From: Marsupella aquatica
Lineage: Eukaryota > Plantae > Marchantiophyta
DNA: 64,000 nucleotides
Assembly: GCA_973895155.1 (NCBI GenBank)
Contig: OZ316895.1
Location: 1,440,412-1,504,411, forward strand
Direction: 5' to 3'
Shown here: positions 60,140 to 64,000 of the stretch, in pieces
Layout: every line of letters begins with the position of its first letter
How positions within the stretch are numbered: position 1 is the first letter of the stretch
Translations under genes and position numbers: made by a program
The notes under the pieces: generated by a model
The model's input: the letters and a program-made list of their open reading frames with translations, nothing else
Database searches by the model: none
Told to the model about the DNA's origin: nothing

Positions 60140-61564
60140 TGAGGCTTTTATAGTGGCAGGTGTGATTTAAACCAAAACTCTCCTTGCTGAATCCGGTAAT
60201 CCTCAGCTTCGCCATAATTTGATGATTTTCCTGAAATTGTGGAGAAGACTGACAGTCTTAGAGGAGGACGTGAAAAAAGAGGTCAGGCTTGGACCTTATG
60301 GTGGTGTAAAGAAAACACCCAAAATTGGGTAAAGGGTTGAGGAGAGGTTGGTTATGGGTTTCCAGAAAGGCTTTTCTTCTTTGCAAGGGCTGCTTTCTTG
60401 TACAATGCTGGCTATGGCAACCCCGTTGGGCTATGACCGTTTAGACAAGTGTTCTGACTGAAGTTACATAGACAATCTGTTTTATAGTCTGTCTAAATAC
60501 TTCCTTCACCAAACGGGTGAAAAGCATGGTGGGAACAACATTGAGAAGTACCAGATCATGCTGCAGATGCTGCTCATTACCCTGGGAATCGTTTCTACCG
60601 GCTAGTTTTGGAGGACCTGGGATTCTTTGACCGTTTCCTTTGAGCTTGTGCAGTTTTCTGTGTAGAGGAGAGACCTTATTCCCCAATTTTGGTCTTCACT
60701 AGCTTCTTTTGACAATGGGTCCCTTGCCCTACAGAGGGCTCAGGCATTCACCATATTTTATAAGGTCGGGGTGGTTGGTTGGAGACCTCTAGCCAAATTC
60801 TTCTTGGGGACACTCTTATGTACATTACTTTGGAGAACTAGGCTTTTAATTGCTGTGCAGTACGATTTTAGTTCTTTTTGCCATTTGTGGATACTAGTTC
60901 GCTCTTGGGCTCTTCCGTTTCCCAGGGTTTTCCACTTATATTCTCCCATTTATTGTGTCTCATTTCTTTGGGGTCCTGCCTTCCTGATTGGCGGTTCGTG
61001 CTCGTTGTGAGTGTTATAATAATAAAGCGCTTATAACAAGAATTTACCACTTCCTGTCACTTCTCCTCAGCAATGCACACCCGTATCCTTCATCTGCACC
61101 TGTCAGTTGATTTCTCTGCTCAATCTTCAACGAGTACAAAACTTCCATGTATTTACACCTGGCCAGCCTACTGGCTCTGGTCGTCTCCGCACACTCGTCC
61201 TACTGCCACTACTGATGATACCCACACTTAATTAATTCTGCTTGAGACCTTGCACCTGTACTTTAGAATAGCACAGCACGAGTAGCAGAGCATTCACTTG
61301 TGCAGGGAGCCACGACGAGGGGACGGTAGAACAGCAATTTGCTTGTCTGCCACGGCTCCGTGAGTATATCAGTGCACACACATTGTCTGCATCAGTGGAA
61401 CACAGAAACACAGAAATCTTCTTCATTCTGTGCACTAGCTCACTCTATTCATGCTGCATCAGTACTGAAGTCGGTTTGCATCTTCGATCTAGCCTGAGGC
61501 TGTTTTGATAGTCCTGTTCTCATCTGCATTCTATACTGTCAAGGTCTGTCTTCCACAATCAATC

Positions 61565-62185
61565 ATGTCTTCAACCACAACCAACTCGTACACTCCCCCT
61601 TCCCCACCAATCCGCCGTCCCTATCACGGGTCTTGCCACTGCGGCCGCATCCGCTATGTCGTGCTCATTTCCCTTCCGCCTGTTGCCGTCGGCCTCGATG
61701 TCCGAGGAAAGAACACCGTCCGATTCTACAAATGCAATTGCACACCCTGCCAGAAGATGGGCTTCTTCCACCTCCGTGCACCGGACCCTCCTCATGACTT
61801 TTATCTCCTCTCCCCACCAGACTTAACCACCCTGTCCGACTATCAATGCAACCGGATGAAATGTCACTGGTACTTCTGCTCCAATTGCGGTGTTCGCTGC
61901 TTTTCGTTGATTGGGGAAGGCGAGGTTGTTGAGGTTGATTTGGAAGCTGCGTTGGGGAAGGAAAGTGAAGGGAAGATGACCAAGGTGTGGAGATGCAAGG
62001 AAGAGGGATGGTTCCAGCCGGGCATCTTTAACTATTTTAGCATCAACGCGCACACGATTGAGTCGGGGCAGGAGGGATTTGATTTAAGAGAGCTCGCGGA
62101 CAAGAAGTGGGTTGCCTATTTGGACTACAAAGACGAGAAAGCAGAGGATCGCTTCGACTATCCGCACGAGGGTGGGACTTGGTGA
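61565..62185 (+). CDS. GFA/CENP-V (Mss4-like, DUF636) zinc-binding protein, intronless, fungal-type, 206 aa
   Basis: RPYHGSCHCGRIRY..YKCNCTPCQKMGFFH..DFYLLSP..WYFCSNCGVRCF..SINAHTIESGQEGFDLREL. Confidence 0.88.
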   Translation: MSSTTTNSYTPPSPPIRRPYHGSCHCGRIRYVVLISLPPVAVGLDVRGKNTVRFYKCNCTPCQKMGFFHLRAPDPPHDFYLLSPPDLTTLSDYQCNRMKCHWYFCSNCGVRCFSLIGEGEVVEVDLEAALGKESEGKMTKVWRCKEEGWFQPGIFNYFSINAHTIESGQEGFDLRELADKKWVAYLDYKDEKAEDRFDYPHEGGTW

Positions 62186-63499
62186 TGGAAGTTTTCTGCT
62201 GTCTCGAAGGACCTGCCGACGACTCCGGGCAACCGAGAAGATAGGGGACCATCATGAAGTAGCTCGTTCTACTCCACGGTAGTATTTCAACCTTAGTTCT
62301 AAACCCAGTTGCCTCAAAACTGTATTGGCAAAATTTCTTTTGCTAGGGAATAAAGAATAAAATTGCTTCTCGTCGTTATGGTGCCCGAAACATGGCATTG
62401 TCCCTTGATTGCTTGAAAAAGTGTTTTTGGTACACGATGTAATCCGTTAATTTCACAGGGGTTGGTCCATTATCGATATGGAAATCAATGCGCTCACATT
62501 GCATATATCTGGTTTCTTCATTGATTGTGTGCATCATCAGGTGCCGTGTCATATGACAATGTTCTCCACGTCTCCTCCCATTACTTCACCAATTCCCAAA
62601 GTTCCACCAGCACGAAGCTTAGCTATGTTCCGTTTAGGCCCCTGTTTCCCATCTCATCACTCGACTGGCGATCAATCTCTGGTTACTATGAAGGAGCTTG
62701 TGGAGTTTTTGGAGCCCAATCACCTGTGTAATCCGTGCTTGTTGACACCCAGTCTTTGGACATTTTCTCTTTGTACTCGTGGTTGAAGTTTTGTTAAATT
62801 CCTGTCACATTGGGTGTCGTGACTAAGAGTCATCCTCAGGCTGGGTATTCTGGCGCACAAGCTCGCCAGCGCAAGGGCGATTCTAAGTGACACCCTCTTG
62901 ACAGGGGTTTATCGAACTCAAAAACTTGGTTTCATATTTCCTGGTACAATTGATAGATGCAGTGCAGCTGCAATAACAGAATAGCGCAAATCTCGGTGCC
63001 CAAAAAGGAGGCCCAAGAGTCCAGGACACTGATGCCTTGCTTGGATACGTAGTAGTCCTCAGCAAACCACCCAAAGGATTCTATCAGAGCCGACTCTGTA
63101 CTGAGGTGTTTCATTACATGTGATGAGGACCAAATTGTTTCTTACGAGTTACGACCAAGGCATCTTGAGACTGAAGTCCCCACTCTTTTCGTTGCAAAGC
63201 TTCACAGTCGAGTGGACTCCTTTTGCACTCCCAGTTTCTTACCATAGCTACACTTTGATTCAATAGACGTCGTTTGGCCTGCTCAGACTGCTGAGCAAGG
63301 TTTCCCTCCCAGCTGGCAATCCTATCTGAAGCTAAACTATATAATCGCTATCGAAACAAAGTCTTCAGGTTATAAACGAGATCAAAAGTATTCTGGGGAC
63401 ACTATCATAAAGACTGTCTTAAGACCTGTAACAGATATTGAAAGGAAAACAAGTCACGCTTAAACCAGCACTAGCCATGACAAAATCTGATTTCACCAT

Positions 63500-63956
63500 A
63501 CATAGTATAATTTTTTGAATTTGTGGATCCATATGGAAGGAATTTGTGGTGCAATATGTACCATAAATAGTATCCTTTCCTGAATTTGACAAAACCTGAT
63601 TTTACCTTAAATAATATACTTCCTTGAATTTGTGGAGCCATATGGAAGGAATTTGTGGTGCAATATGTACCATAAATAATATCCATTCCTGAATTTGTGG
63701 AGCGATATGGAACTAATTTGTGGAGCAATATATAAGGGGAGAGGAAAAGAATGAGAAAGAAAGTGAAAAAAGAGGAAGTCTTGGACACTTCCCTCTCTTA
63801 TATGGCTAGTGGTGGATTAAGAGATATAAGGGTGAATTTTTTTGGGAAACTTGAGAAAGAAAGTGAAAAAAAGAGGAAGTCTTGGACACTTCCCTCTCTT
63901 ATATGGCTAGTGGTGGATTAAGAGATATAAGGGTGAATTTTTTTGGGAAACTTGAG
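63500..63956. repeat. Short dispersed GAATTTGTGG repeats and a 100-bp tandem duplication
   Basis: GAATTTGTGG(A/T) recurs over 63518-63725; a 100-bp unit is duplicated at 63752 and 63852. Confidence 0.8.
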
Positions 63957-64000
63957 ATTGTGTCAGTCCACTATCTGCCCCCCATCGCAAATTGGGTCGT

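Noticed and set aside
60160-61038. Possible solo LTR ending AATAAAGCGCTTATAACA
   Set aside because: No convincing matching 5' terminus or TSD was found.

Overview
Land-plant nuclear DNA (spliced GT-AG genes, plant-type transposons; a bryophyte-like lineage is plausible but unproven), mostly transposon-derived. The core is two complete, co-oriented CACTA (En/Spm) elements 682 bp apart: E1 6063-24294 (TSD AAA, decayed) and E2 24977-42167 (TSD GTT, transposase apparently intact). Besides TnpD-like and TnpA-like genes, both carry the same ordered cargo cassette upstream of the transposase: a 149-aa Cys/His-rich orphan ORF, a stand-alone EDM2-type composite PHD histone-reader ORF and a tandem BRCT ORF resembling the DNA polymerase lambda BRCT. 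E2 adds an F-box-like ORF; E1 carries a captured RPL18a exon. This cassette is the best candidate for an undescribed system: a transposon-borne toolkit touching chromatin reading, DNA repair and ubiquitination. The rest of the window holds the probable 3' part of an LTR retrotransposon with two divergent coiled-coil ORFs (1-4404), a MITE, a degenerate L1-type LINE (about 43.6-50.3 kb), an 8-exon ferric reduction oxidase gene (53060-57574) and an intronless fungal-type GFA/CENP-V gene (61565-62185) that may be a horizontal acquisition. All domain calls come from manual motif recognition; no searches were run.
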